Notes under the pieces: generated by a model | The model's input: only the letters and a program-made list of their open reading frames with translations | Told to the model about the DNA's origin: nothing | Databases searched by the model: none | Translations under genes and position numbers: made by a program | In this document: positions 27,940 through 37,329 of the stretch, in pieces | Position numbering within the stretch: the stretch's first letter is position 1 | Layout: every line of letters starts with the position of its first letter | Sequence record: PV611675.1 | Direction: 5' to 3' (one strand) | Source of the DNA: Acinetobacter phage vB_AbaM_14/CRR8 | DNA length: 64,000 nt

Positions 27940-30846
27940 TTGTCAGGAAAATATACATCAATCTTAATGCAAGAAACGAACTCATATGTTGATAGATTCC
28001 CACAGTTCGTTGATGCAATCACATTCCAAAAGGAGGATTTATTCTGGACTGAGAAAGAAATCAAAGTAGAGAAAGATGAACAAGACTTAAAGCATAACAT
28101 CTTGCATTCTCAAGTTCATGCTCTTATGTTTAACCAACGACTATTCACTAAGTATGAGGATGTCATTGGAAATGATTACTGGATCGGTGTTGTACACAAG
28201 AAATACAAATGTCAAGAGATTCGTCGACTAGCCATTTGTTTTGCTGATGTGGAGAATAATATTCACTTCCCATTCTACCGTCGAGTGAATGAAGTGCTGG
28301 GAACTCATAATGATGAGTTCTATGATGCATTTGAAACAGACCCTATCTTGGTTGAACGTGTCAAATTCATGCAAGAGTTGGTGGCATCGAAAGATACACT
28401 AGCATCAATGGGTGGTTTTGCTTTCATGGAAGGTGCAGTATTATTTACAGCATTTGCTATGATTAAGTCTCTTGGTGTTAAAGGTCAGTCATTTATGCCT
28501 AACTTGATTTCAGGCATTAACATGTCGATCCTTGATGAGAATTTCCACATGCAGACAGCTTGTGAGATTTTCCGCACACAGTTAGAGTTAGAGAATCGTA
28601 CAGAAGAGGATATTAGAAAACTTAAAGAGGATATCTTTAAGCATGCACAGAACGTTTTAGAGCATGAGTACATTATCATTAACGCTATGTTAGCTGAAGG
28701 GGATATTCCTTTTGCTTCTAAAAAGGAACTTCAAGCTTTTGCTCGACATCGTGTTAACGTAGTTTTAACAACTCTTGGATTCCCAGAGTTAGCTACATTT
28801 GATGAGACTGATGATACTATCTCAGAATGGTTCTATGAGTTCATGGGTGGTTATACAAGTAATGATAATTTCTATTCTCGTGGTCGTAACTACAAGAAAG
28901 AGTTCTCTGCTGTTGACTACGACATTATCTCAAATGGTGCTGTTGAAGAAGTCCTTGCACAAATCCCTGATGAGTATTTAGATCAAATGGGCATTGACTT
29001 GAATCGTAAGTTTGAAAAGACTTTAGAAGAAGAGTTGGAAGCCCAACGACCTAAACGTAAGAAGCACAACAATGCTGAGGATGCTTTATATGTTCCAGAC
29101 TATAGTCGTGAACGTAAAGAGATGCAAGCACGTGGTGAAGCTCCTGAGTGGATGGCAACGGCTGGATGGCAGCTATTTAAGAAGAAATACCTCAATGGTG
29201 ATGCTAAAACTCCTAGAGATCAGTACATGCGAATTGCTGAGTGTTTGGCACAGTATGCACCTAAATCTTACCCTTCTTGGTGGAATGAGATTGACTACTG
29301 GAAAGGTAAAACATGGAAAGATGCATTCTTCCAGATCATGTGGGATGGCTTCTTAAGTCCTTCGACTCCTGTACTCTCTAACACAGGTACAGATTTTGGT
29401 ATGTCAGTGTCGTGTTCTGGTGCTGTGACTGAAGATAGTGTTGCTGGCTTCTATGATGCTCGTAAGATTAACGCTTTACTTTCTAAGGAAGGTTTTGGTA
29501 CTACGATTGATTTAGATCGTGTACGTGGACGTGGTAAGCCTATGAAGGGCGGTATCGCAAATGGTGCTCTCCCTGTGGCTCGTATGTTCCGTCAAGATGC
29601 TTTAGATATCAGTCAAGGCTCTCAGCGTCGAGGTGCTACTGCTTGGTACTACAACGTAGAAGGTTTAGACTTTGATGAGTTATTGCACTTCTTAGAATAC
29701 GACACTGATGGTAACAATGGTGGTTGGAAAATTACCAACGAACTTATCAACCGTGTTCTTGTTGGTGATACATTAGCCATTGAACGTATGAACAAAATTT
29801 TAGCTGTACGTCACCATGTCGGTCTAGGCTATGAATTGTTTATTGATAAAGTAAACGCTCGTCGTCCTAAGATGTATAAAGATCGTGGTATGATGGTTAC
29901 TACAAGTAACTTATGTACTGAGATTACACTGTTTAGTGATCCAAAACATACATTTACATGTGTGTTGTCAAGTGAGAACTTAGTACGTTTTGATGATCGT
30001 CCAAAGAACTTGGCATTCGTTGGTACAGTATTCCTTGACTGTGTGGCTGAAGACTTCATTCAGAAAGGTTCTAAGATCGAAGGTCTTGAAACTGCTGTTG
30101 AATTCACTAAGAAAGGTCGTGCTCTTGGTTATGGTACAATGGGCTTCGCTTCATACTTAATGCGTAACAACATCGAGTATGGCTCAATGGAATCATTCTG
30201 GAAGAATAAGAAGATTTACTCTACTATTGAAGCGGAAACAAAAGCAGCTTCTCGATGGTTAGCTAAAGAACTTGGTGAACCAGAATGGTGTGAAGGTTAC
30301 GGTGTTCGTAATACTCACTTGATGGCTATCGCTCCAACTAAGTCTACTGGCTTATTGATGGGTGGTGACTCAGAAGGAATCAACGTTCCATCTGCATTTG
30401 TATTCGCACAAGATACACCTGCTGGTACAGTATTCCGTATTGATCCATCATTCTTGTTACTGTTGAAGCGTAAAGGATTATACAACATTGATCCTGAGAC
30501 TAAGCGTATCACACCTGAAACAGAAGCCTTGTTGAAACGTGTGTCAGATAATTTAGGTAGTGTGCAAACATTAACTGATGTTCTGACAGATAAAGAACGT
30601 GCTGTGTTCAAGACAGCTTATGAAATTAACCAGTACCGTCATATTGATTTGTGTGCTCAGCGTCAAGAACATATTGACCAAGCTCAATCGATCAATTTAT
30701 TCATTGCGAATATGTCGGCTCAAGAGATTTCTAAGTTGTATATGTACGCTGCACTTAACCCTAACATTTTGAGTCTTTACTACCATACTGGTATTCGAGA
30801 TTCACGTATTGGAGAGAGTAAAAATGAATGCGAATCATGTATGTGA
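27940..30846 (+). CDS. ribonucleotide reductase, fused beta (NrdB/R2-like) and alpha (NrdA/R1-like) subunits, class I
   Basis: N-terminal ~350 aa: diiron ferritin-like motifs (ENNIH, FMEGAVLF, DENFH); C-terminal ~600 aa: NLCTEI thiyl loop, AIAPTKSTG, C-terminal CESC pair; one uninterrupted ORF; TTG start 7 nt after AGGAG. Confidence 0.8.
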   Translation: MSGKYTSILMQETNSYVDRFPQFVDAITFQKEDLFWTEKEIKVEKDEQDLKHNILHSQVHALMFNQRLFTKYEDVIGNDYWIGVVHKKYKCQEIRRLAICFADVENNIHFPFYRRVNEVLGTHNDEFYDAFETDPILVERVKFMQELVASKDTLASMGGFAFMEGAVLFTAFAMIKSLGVKGQSFMPNLISGINMSILDENFHMQTACEIFRTQLELENRTEEDIRKLKEDIFKHAQNVLEHEYIIINAMLAEGDIPFASKKELQAFARHRVNVVLTTLGFPELATFDETDDTISEWFYEFMGGYTSNDNFYSRGRNYKKEFSAVDYDIISNGAVEEVLAQIPDEYLDQMGIDLNRKFEKTLEEELEAQRPKRKKHNNAEDALYVPDYSRERKEMQARGEAPEWMATAGWQLFKKKYLNGDAKTPRDQYMRIAECLAQYAPKSYPSWWNEIDYWKGKTWKDAFFQIMWDGFLSPSTPVLSNTGTDFGMSVSCSGAVTEDSVAGFYDARKINALLSKEGFGTTIDLDRVRGRGKPMKGGIANGALPVARMFRQDALDISQGSQRRGATAWYYNVEGLDFDELLHFLEYDTDGNNGGWKITNELINRVLVGDTLAIERMNKILAVRHHVGLGYELFIDKVNARRPKMYKDRGMMVTTSNLCTEITLFSDPKHTFTCVLSSENLVRFDDRPKNLAFVGTVFLDCVAEDFIQKGSKIEGLETAVEFTKKGRALGYGTMGFASYLMRNNIEYGSMESFWKNKKIYSTIEAETKAASRWLAKELGEPEWCEGYGVRNTHLMAIAPTKSTGLLMGGDSEGINVPSAFVFAQDTPAGTVFRIDPSFLLLLKRKGLYNIDPETKRITPETEALLKRVSDNLGSVQTLTDVLTDKERAVFKTAYEINQYRHIDLCAQRQEHIDQAQSINLFIANMSAQEISKLYMYAALNPNILSLYYHTGIRDSRIGESKNECESCM

Positions 30847-30908
30847 TATGTACGGACTTGGCAAAGAAGGTTGGTATGGAAAAGAAGCTTGGGACTTGTA
30901 AAAAAGTT

Positions 30909-30938
30909 GTTGACAAGCTAAAAAGTAATCATTAATAT
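30909..30938 (+). promoter_or_regulatory. sigma70-like promoter
   Basis: TTGACA, 17-18 bp, TTAATA/TAATAT, abutting a terminator hairpin. Confidence 0.4.
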
Positions 30939-30939
30939 A

Positions 30940-30970
30940 GGGACATGTCTTAGGGCGTGTCCCTTTTTTA
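30940..30970 (+). terminator. rho-independent terminator
   Basis: GGGACA-tgtcttagggcg-TGTCCC then T6. Confidence 0.5.
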
Positions 30971-30983
30971 TTGTGAGGTGATT

Positions 30984-31244
30984 ATGGGCTGGTTAAAAGC
31001 TAAGAAACAAATGGTTATAACCATAGGTGAAAATATCTACAAGGTTATTGAATTACGTAGAGATGATGGTAAGCTTTCAAAACTTCGTTTAAATCGTGTT
31101 GTTAATGGAGAGGTGGTCCCTTACATCCACAAATACATAACACTTAATGATGCTTGTTCAATCTATATTGATGGTGTGATTCGATATAAAGTTCAAATGG
31201 AAGATGGTAGCATAGGTTTTATTTCTGCTGGAGCAATACAATGA
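30984..31244 (+). CDS. hypothetical protein
   Basis: ATG after GAGGTG. Confidence 0.35.
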   Translation: MGWLKAKKQMVITIGENIYKVIELRRDDGKLSKLRLNRVVNGEVVPYIHKYITLNDACSIYIDGVIRYKVQMEDGSIGFISAGAIQ

Positions 31245-31903
31245 GTCTAATTGGTCGATGGTTTAAGGTAGTTGATGATCGTAAAATGCATGATCTGGAA
31301 ATCCTTAATGGTGATATCTTAAAGGTTCAAGATGAACATAAAGATGTATCTTGGGGTTACGGAGCAACTAAGGTTGAGTGTGTTCGTGGTGGTGAGAGTA
31401 GAGTTCTAACACTTTCAAGATTCAGTGGGTATTGGTGCTACTTTTCTGAAGGTATGATTAAAAAAGGTGAATTGGTTGAGGTCGAGCCTACATTTGAAGA
31501 TGATCAGAAGTCTGATGAAACAGAGTATTTGATGAAAGGTAAGAACGGTGAAAGATTGGCTGAATCTGTTAAAAACATTCGAAGTAAATCATACCTTCAT
31601 GCTCATGGTGTTGAATCTCTAGAAGATCGATACAACAACTGGATTGTTGAAAATATCCATGTGTACGAATTATTCTGTGAATTTGCGATCAAAGCTATTC
31701 AATCAGGTAAGAAAAAGATTTCTCATTGGTTGATTGTAAATCGCTTACGTTGGGAAGTGGAGATTGAAACTAAAGGGACATGTTATCAAGACAAAGACTT
31801 TAAAATCTCAAATGATTATATCGCTTTCTTGGCTCGTGACTTCATGAAAGATTATCCACAATATGGTGAGGTATTTACCATCAAGCAGATGAAGCGAGTA
31901 TAA
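31241..31903 (+). CDS. hypothetical protein
   Basis: 220-aa ORF, ATGA-coupled. Confidence 0.4.
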   Translation: MSLIGRWFKVVDDRKMHDLEILNGDILKVQDEHKDVSWGYGATKVECVRGGESRVLTLSRFSGYWCYFSEGMIKKGELVEVEPTFEDDQKSDETEYLMKGKNGERLAESVKNIRSKSYLHAHGVESLEDRYNNWIVENIHVYELFCEFAIKAIQSGKKKISHWLIVNRLRWEVEIETKGTCYQDKDFKISNDYIAFLARDFMKDYPQYGEVFTIKQMKRV

Positions 31904-31904
31904 T

Positions 31905-32942
31905 ATGTATATAGCAACTATGATAGTAATCTTCCTTGCTGTTATGATTTGGATGTGGCACAAGGATTATAAAGGGTATCTATTAATACCTATCCTCTTC
32001 TCAATGGTTTTTAGTGCATTCATGGTATTTATGTACGTTGCAGCTAAAGATTCTCAGGGTGGTGATGTGATGGTCCTTAATGGACATGTCACAAAGAAGT
32101 TCTCGCAACGTACATCATGCAGTCACAGTTATAGCTGTAATTGTCGTATAGTGCAGAATGGGAAATCAACTACAACAAAGTGTGATACATGTTATGAACA
32201 TCCATATGATGTTGATTGGGTGGTTAAATCTAACGTTGGATCAGCTGAGATTGACAGGATAAATAGGCAGGGCACTAAAGAACCTCCTAGATTCACACAA
32301 GCTTATATAGGTGAGCCATTCTCGATTGAAATGGATTACTACAACTACATTAAAGCATCACCTTTAAGTGTGTTTAAGGATTATCATACATTCAAGAATG
32401 TTTTGACTCCTAGCTACCCAAAAGTTTATGACTATTACAGGATTAAACATGTGGTTGATTATAATAGTGAATGGAGAGGTCAGTTTGAGGTTATTGACAA
32501 CTACCTTGCACATAAACTAAAATATAGTTCAGCTAAGGCTAAGGCCAACGTGGTTGTGATATTCTATGGCAAAGAAGATATACGTGAAGCCATGAGGGTT
32601 AAGAACTACGGGGGCAGGATTAATGACTTGACTGTTATGATTCAGGCTGCTAAGGATGGGACTATTAAGAATGCTTATGTGTTCTCATGGTCTAAGAGTG
32701 ATATGGTGAACATTCTACTTCGTGACGACATTCTTGATATGAAAAATATGAATGGAAGTCAGAAAAAACTTGTTGACAGTATCGACAACATTCTGGTAAA
32801 GTACTACACACATCGTAGCATGGAAGATTTCAAGTATTTGGAACACAACATTCAAATGCCTATGTGGTATTATGTTGGAACTATACTTGGTATGCTATTA
32901 GTTTTAGGTTTTAATTTATTTATCGTTCGTGATTTGAGGTAA
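31905..32942 (+). CDS. integral membrane protein with Cys-rich extracytoplasmic domain
   Basis: Two N-terminal and one C-terminal hydrophobic helices; CSHSYSCNCR...CDTC cluster. Confidence 0.4.
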   Translation: MYIATMIVIFLAVMIWMWHKDYKGYLLIPILFSMVFSAFMVFMYVAAKDSQGGDVMVLNGHVTKKFSQRTSCSHSYSCNCRIVQNGKSTTTKCDTCYEHPYDVDWVVKSNVGSAEIDRINRQGTKEPPRFTQAYIGEPFSIEMDYYNYIKASPLSVFKDYHTFKNVLTPSYPKVYDYYRIKHVVDYNSEWRGQFEVIDNYLAHKLKYSSAKAKANVVVIFYGKEDIREAMRVKNYGGRINDLTVMIQAAKDGTIKNAYVFSWSKSDMVNILLRDDILDMKNMNGSQKKLVDSIDNILVKYYTHRSMEDFKYLEHNIQMPMWYYVGTILGMLLVLGFNLFIVRDLR

Positions 32943-32943
32943 A

Positions 32944-33510
32944 ATGTTTATGAATAAGATTGTATTAGCTATTATTGCAGGATTGGCGAGTATCGCTATT
33001 CTATTAGGTGGTTGGAACTACGTACATTATAAGAATGTCGGTGTGCAGTATGAACAACAGGTGAAGGCTACATATGATGATAACAAAGTCACATTGAATG
33101 CTCTAACTACAAAAGTTCAAGAGATTGCCCAAGTACCTGACATGTACAAGAAAGATTTACAGGATGTCATCAAGCAGACGTTTGAGGGTCGATATGGTGG
33201 AGATGGTTCACAAGCTGTATTCCAAATGATCCAAGAGAATAATATGAATCTTGATCCTACTATGTATCGACAGATTCAACAGGTGATGGAGGCAGGACGT
33301 AATGAGTTTAAAACATCACAGAAGCAGTTGATTGATGTTACACGAAACTATGAGGCATCTTTAAACTATGTGTGGTCAGGGTTCTGGTTGAATATTGCAG
33401 GTTATCCTAAGATTAATCTTAATGATTATCGAGTGATTGTAACTGATGAAGTTGATCAAAAGATGAAATCAGGTAAGGACTCTGTAATTAAGTTGAAATC
33501 TGGAGAGTAA
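32944..33510 (+). CDS. LemA-family protein
   Basis: N-terminal TM helix then a ~160-aa domain; segment RNYEASLNYVWSGFWLNIAGYPKI matches the conserved LemA C-terminal region. Confidence 0.45.
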   Translation: MFMNKIVLAIIAGLASIAILLGGWNYVHYKNVGVQYEQQVKATYDDNKVTLNALTTKVQEIAQVPDMYKKDLQDVIKQTFEGRYGGDGSQAVFQMIQENNMNLDPTMYRQIQQVMEAGRNEFKTSQKQLIDVTRNYEASLNYVWSGFWLNIAGYPKINLNDYRVIVTDEVDQKMKSGKDSVIKLKSGE

Positions 33511-33511
33511 T

Positions 33512-33691
33512 ATGAAAGCACTTTTCGCAGGTTATTGGATTGCAATGTTCTTGTGTTTACTGGGTTGGATTCTCAATATTAAACAGATTATTGGTAGTGC
33601 AGTTGTATTTTCATGGTTGTTGGTGGCTAAGGTTGCTGGAATCTTTATCTTTCCAGTTGGAATTGTGTTAGGTTGGGCTGGAGTATTTTAA
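33512..33691 (+). CDS. small membrane protein
   Basis: 59 aa, two hydrophobic helices; GGAGAG RBS; TAATG overlap with the next gene; below the ORF-track length cutoff. Confidence 0.35.
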   Translation: MKALFAGYWIAMFLCLLGWILNIKQIIGSAVVFSWLLVAKVAGIFIFPVGIVLGWAGVF

Positions 33692-33918
33692 TGCCAAAGT
33701 TTAAGATTTGTGTTACACGTATTCATGTTGATGAGTTAATCGTGGAGGCAGCTGATTTAGAACATGCACAAGAAATTGGAAGTAATTACGAAGATCAGAT
33801 GGAATCTACACGAGATAACCATATTGAGTCTGAATGGCCTGTGACTCCTCTTCCAGATGATGCTAAGGTAAATTACAAACCTACAGCAAAATATCTTGCA
33901 ATGAAGAATTGGAAGTAA
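33691..33918 (+). CDS. hypothetical acidic protein
   Basis: ATG 33691; followed by a terminator. Confidence 0.35.
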   Translation: MPKFKICVTRIHVDELIVEAADLEHAQEIGSNYEDQMESTRDNHIESEWPVTPLPDDAKVNYKPTAKYLAMKNWK

Positions 33919-33924
33919 TATAAT

Positions 33925-33953
33925 GGGATCATCGAAAGGTGGTCCCTTTTTAT
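33925..33953 (+). terminator. rho-independent terminator (GAAA tetraloop family)
   Basis: GGGATCATC-GAAA-GGTGGTCCC then T5. Confidence 0.5.
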
Positions 33954-33965
33954 TAGGAGAATTAA

Positions 33966-34211
33966 ATGTATATACATGGCAGAAGTATAGCTTATGTGAT
34001 TGTAGATGAATGCTTGCATGAGGTCGAGAGTGTTGATGCAGCGTTAAAGATTCTTGCTGAGAAAGTGGAAAAGAGGAGAAAGTTTTCAATAGATGAGACT
34101 ACTAGTTTATTTCCGAAGTTCGCAATGGAAGTAAACAAACGTCCACCAGAACCAAATGACTGGAGACGTAAAAGTAAACGTGGCTTCAATGGATATCAAC
34201 GTCATGTCTAA
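33966..34211 (+). CDS. hypothetical protein
   Basis: 81-aa ORF with GGAGAA RBS. Confidence 0.35.
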   Translation: MYIHGRSIAYVIVDECLHEVESVDAALKILAEKVEKRRKFSIDETTSLFPKFAMEVNKRPPEPNDWRRKSKRGFNGYQRHV

Positions 34212-34237
34212 TAAATTTAATTTAAGAGGTAGCGAAG

Positions 34238-34351
34238 ATGCTAACTAAACACGAAAGATTAGCTATACTATACTCATTTATTGGGATCATATACTTGGTT
34301 GTGATTATGATGGGTGTTGGTTCTTATTTAGATAAAACTTGTGGAGGTTAG
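34238..34351 (+). CDS. small membrane peptide
   Basis: 37 aa, one TM helix; AGAGGT RBS. Confidence 0.25.
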   Translation: MLTKHERLAILYSFIGIIYLVVIMMGVGSYLDKTCGG

Positions 34352-34352
34352 G

Positions 34353-34775
34353 ATGGGTAAAGCAGCTCGCCTTAAACAGCAACGTAAGGCTCGTGTGGCG
34401 ATTTTACAGAAGAGAGGTACGATTACACCGATTGACATTGAAAAGGTCAAATCTGGACCAATGGGTGCAGCATACTGGGTTACTGGATACTTCTGGGAAC
34501 ATGATGTCAAGATTGTAGAGCCATTTTGTGTGGTGAATAAGTTTGGTAACTTGAATATTACAAGTTTAGGTATTGGTGACATGGAGTTCTATGAGGCTAG
34601 AAAACTATTGAAGTCACCAAACAATATCCTTATATTTGAGGATCGGGTTGCAGCTTTAGATGCTTGTCAAGCTTTACACAATGAAAAAGAGCTTCTTGAT
34701 GGTATGTTTGAATTTATGTCTAAGGAAGATTTTGAACAATTTGCAAATGATAGGGTAGGAAATGAAAATGAGTGA
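34353..34775 (+). CDS. hypothetical protein
   Basis: ATG after GGAGGT; basic N-terminus. Confidence 0.35.
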   Translation: MGKAARLKQQRKARVAILQKRGTITPIDIEKVKSGPMGAAYWVTGYFWEHDVKIVEPFCVVNKFGNLNITSLGIGDMEFYEARKLLKSPNNILIFEDRVAALDACQALHNEKELLDGMFEFMSKEDFEQFANDRVGNENE

Positions 34776-35733
34776 TGAAGTACAGTATTTAAATCTACTA
34801 AAAGATTTATTAAATAAAATTGAAGATAAAGGTTTTCAGACAAATGATCGAACGGGTGTAGGGACGTGTAAGATTTTTGGCGCTCAGATGAGATTTGATT
34901 TGGAGAAAGGCTTCCCATTGTTTACACATAAGAAGGTGTTCATGCGTGGAATCTTTGAAGAGCTTATGTGGTTCTTAAGAGGTGATACAAACATTCGCAC
35001 ATTATTAGATCGTGATGTACATATCTGGACAGAGTGGCGATATAAAGCATATTGTAAATTTCAGGATCACTACAATCTACCTAAGTTTACTATGAAAGAA
35101 TTTGAACAAGAGATTGTTGAGTCTCAAGCTTTTGCGAACCAGTTTGGAGATATTGGTAAAGGTTATGGACATCAATGGCGTAACTTTGGTGAAATTGAAG
35201 ATGAGGCAACTAGTGTAGATTGTTTCGGTGAAAGGACTGTACCATATTATCGTGAAGGTATTGACCAGATTGAGTGGGTTATCAATGAGATTAAGGTTAA
35301 TCCGAACAGTCGTCGTCTAATTGTATCTGGTTGGAATCCTCAAGAGGTTGATCAAGTAGACCTTCCACCATGCCATACACTATTCCAATTCTTTGTAGAA
35401 GATGGTAAGTTATCTTGTCAGTTATATCAACGTAGTGCTGACATTTTGTTAGGTGTGCCGTTTAATATCGCATCGTATGCTTTGTTGACACATTTAATTG
35501 CAGCTGAATGTGGCTTAGGTGTTGGAGAGTTCATCTGGACAGGTGGGGATATCCATGTATATTCAAACCAAATAGATGGATTGAAAGAGATCGTAAATAA
35601 TAGATTTGCTTTAAAAGCTCCTACGCTGAAATTACGAAGAGTACGTAAGGATATTGCACAATATCAATGGCAAGATATTATTTTAGAAGGGTATAGTTCA
35701 TTACCTAAAGTGGAAATGCCAGTAGCAGTATAG
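34768..35733 (+). CDS. thyA: thymidylate synthase (ThyA), long form with small-domain insert
   Basis: Near-complete motif identity with ThyA: QYL, DRTGVGT, FPLxTxK, catalytic PPCH, QLYQRSADILLGVPFNIASYALL, WTGGDxHxYSN; ~50-aa insert at the position seen in L. casei-type TS. Confidence 0.9.
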   Translation: MSDEVQYLNLLKDLLNKIEDKGFQTNDRTGVGTCKIFGAQMRFDLEKGFPLFTHKKVFMRGIFEELMWFLRGDTNIRTLLDRDVHIWTEWRYKAYCKFQDHYNLPKFTMKEFEQEIVESQAFANQFGDIGKGYGHQWRNFGEIEDEATSVDCFGERTVPYYREGIDQIEWVINEIKVNPNSRRLIVSGWNPQEVDQVDLPPCHTLFQFFVEDGKLSCQLYQRSADILLGVPFNIASYALLTHLIAAECGLGVGEFIWTGGDIHVYSNQIDGLKEIVNNRFALKAPTLKLRRVRKDIAQYQWQDIILEGYSSLPKVEMPVAV

Positions 35734-35742
35734 GAGACTACA

Positions 35743-35946
35743 ATGAGTGAATGTAAGGATGTATGCAACTTCAGTTACACAAACAACAAGAATATCGTTG
35801 TGGAAGTAATTTTAAGGACAGATGGTGAAGTTTATTGGGTCATGGAAGGTCCACGATATGTTGGGGAATTTGAAGACCTTGAAACTATCGAGAACTATTT
35901 CTTCCAGAACTATAACATTGCTGTAGACTTATCTAAGTTTAAGTAG
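35743..35946 (+). CDS. hypothetical protein
   Basis: 67-aa ORF, AGGAG RBS. Confidence 0.3.
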   Translation: MSECKDVCNFSYTNNKNIVVEVILRTDGEVYWVMEGPRYVGEFEDLETIENYFFQNYNIAVDLSKFK

Positions 35947-35952
35947 TACAAT

Positions 35953-35984
35953 AAGGGTCATCGAAAGGTGGCCCTTTTTATTTG
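35953..35984 (+). terminator. rho-independent terminator (GAAA tetraloop family)
   Basis: AGGGTCATC-GAAA-GGTGGCCCT then T5ATTT. Confidence 0.5.
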
Positions 35985-35993
35985 GAGGTTGAA

Positions 35994-36260
35994 ATGGTTA
36001 AGAGAAAAACAGAAGTTAGAGCAAGTGTATCTATTTATAAAGATTATGGTGATAGAATCTCTTGTGAGTTTATTGTATCTGTCGTAGAAGATGGCAAGAA
36101 TGTCCCTGATCGTGGTGGTGCTATGGAGATGCTTTACTTTAAAGATACAAAAGCAATGGATTTCATTAATAATGATGCTATGTATGGAGTCACTTTAATT
36201 CCATTCAGTAAGGTGGAAGAGTTCCGTAACTGGTTAATTGCAAACAATTTTGAGGGTTAA
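35994..36260 (+). CDS. hypothetical protein
   Basis: ATG after GGAGGT. Confidence 0.35.
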   Translation: MVKRKTEVRASVSIYKDYGDRISCEFIVSVVEDGKNVPDRGGAMEMLYFKDTKAMDFINNDAMYGVTLIPFSKVEEFRNWLIANNFEG

Positions 36261-36262
36261 AT

Positions 36263-36829
36263 ATGTACAATGGTCGTAATAAAGTTAAAATCTGCCACAT
36301 CGTAGCTGCTGGTTTGAATGGCGAGATCGGTAAAGATAATAAATTACTTTGTCATATTCCAGAGGATTTAGCTTATTTCAAGAAGATGACATTAGGTCAT
36401 GCTGTAGTAATGGGTCGGAAGACTTTAGAATCCCTACCAAACAAGCTCTCTCGTCGTGCTGTATGGGAGGTTTCTAATAGAAACCATGATGGAAGTCGAT
36501 GGTATAATGGTTTGTACTCAGCTCTATATGCAGCATCTGGTTCATGCTATTTCTTAAATACGAACAAGATTTGGATTGCTGGTGGTGCATCTATTTATGA
36601 GCAGACAAATGATATTGTTGATGAGGTTTACCTTACACGTATTCACCATGAATTTCCTGATGCAGACACTTTCTACAAGATTCCTGAAGGATTTGTATTT
36701 GAGGGATATACAGAACGTACATTGGAGCATTTCCCTGAAGAACGCTTTCTTGAAGATAAATTAAGTTTAGATACATGGAAAGTTACATTTGAGAAGTGGG
36801 TTCGTGTTGACAGTTGGAAAAATAAGTAG
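36263..36829 (+). CDS. folA: dihydrofolate reductase
   Basis: Aligns with DHFR: IVAAGLNGEIGKDNKL, LPxxLAYFKKMTLGHAVVMGRKTLESLP. Confidence 0.75.
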   Translation: MYNGRNKVKICHIVAAGLNGEIGKDNKLLCHIPEDLAYFKKMTLGHAVVMGRKTLESLPNKLSRRAVWEVSNRNHDGSRWYNGLYSALYAASGSCYFLNTNKIWIAGGASIYEQTNDIVDEVYLTRIHHEFPDADTFYKIPEGFVFEGYTERTLEHFPEERFLEDKLSLDTWKVTFEKWVRVDSWKNK

Positions 36830-36860
36830 TATTCTATGGAAATGAACTAGGAGATACATC

Positions 36861-37139
36861 ATGTCTTTAAAAATTTATGATTTAGATGACTGCACATTCT
36901 TGGTAGATGTTGCTGACTATGGTGTTGTGGCATTTCATTATGAGTGTGATCTAAAATTCTTAACTGAGGAAGTTGAGGTAAATAATTTGATAATCAACCA
37001 TCTGTCAGATGATTGTAATATGTCAGAGAATGAAATCGACATTCTTGTAGGTGAAGTACGTGATCATAAATTAGAGATTGAAGATATGATTATCAAGTAC
37101 TGGATTAAAGAGCGTGGAAAGTATTGGGATGAAGTCTAA
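36861..37139 (+). CDS. hypothetical acidic protein
   Basis: 92-aa ORF. Confidence 0.3.
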   Translation: MSLKIYDLDDCTFLVDVADYGVVAFHYECDLKFLTEEVEVNNLIINHLSDDCNMSENEIDILVGEVRDHKLEIEDMIIKYWIKERGKYWDEV

Positions 37140-37329
37140 GGTAGGAAATCTATTTGTTGTCAATAGTGGAAGTTATTTCGCTGGCGAAGTTGGCTGTTGT
37201 ATAGAGCAATTGTCAGAAGAAGTAAAGTTTAAAAAATCTAAACATGATGACTATGTTAAACTAGAACTTGAGCACTCAGGTACTGTTACATGGTTCAATT
37301 TAAATGAATTAACGGAGGTGGTACTATGA
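37114..37329 (+). CDS. hypothetical protein (start uncertain)
   Basis: Overlaps the previous gene; alternative ATG at 37129. Confidence 0.25.
   Translation: MESIGMKSKVGNLFVVNSGSYFAGEVGCCIEQLSEEVKFKKSKHDDYVKLELEHSGTVTWFNLNELTEVVL

Noticed and set aside
27940-30846. Intein inside the ribonucleotide reductase explaining its length
   Set aside because: The extra length is a complete R2-like domain at the N-terminus, not an insertion with intein splice motifs within the catalytic domain.
34768-35733. Thymidylate-synthase homolog acting as dUMP/dCMP hydroxymethylase for DNA hypermodification
   Set aside because: The catalytic PPCH, dUMP- and folate-binding motifs are canonical ThyA, and a DHFR gene (36263-36829) follows, which is needed only if dihydrofolate is produced; dCMP deaminase also points to ordinary dTTP synthesis.
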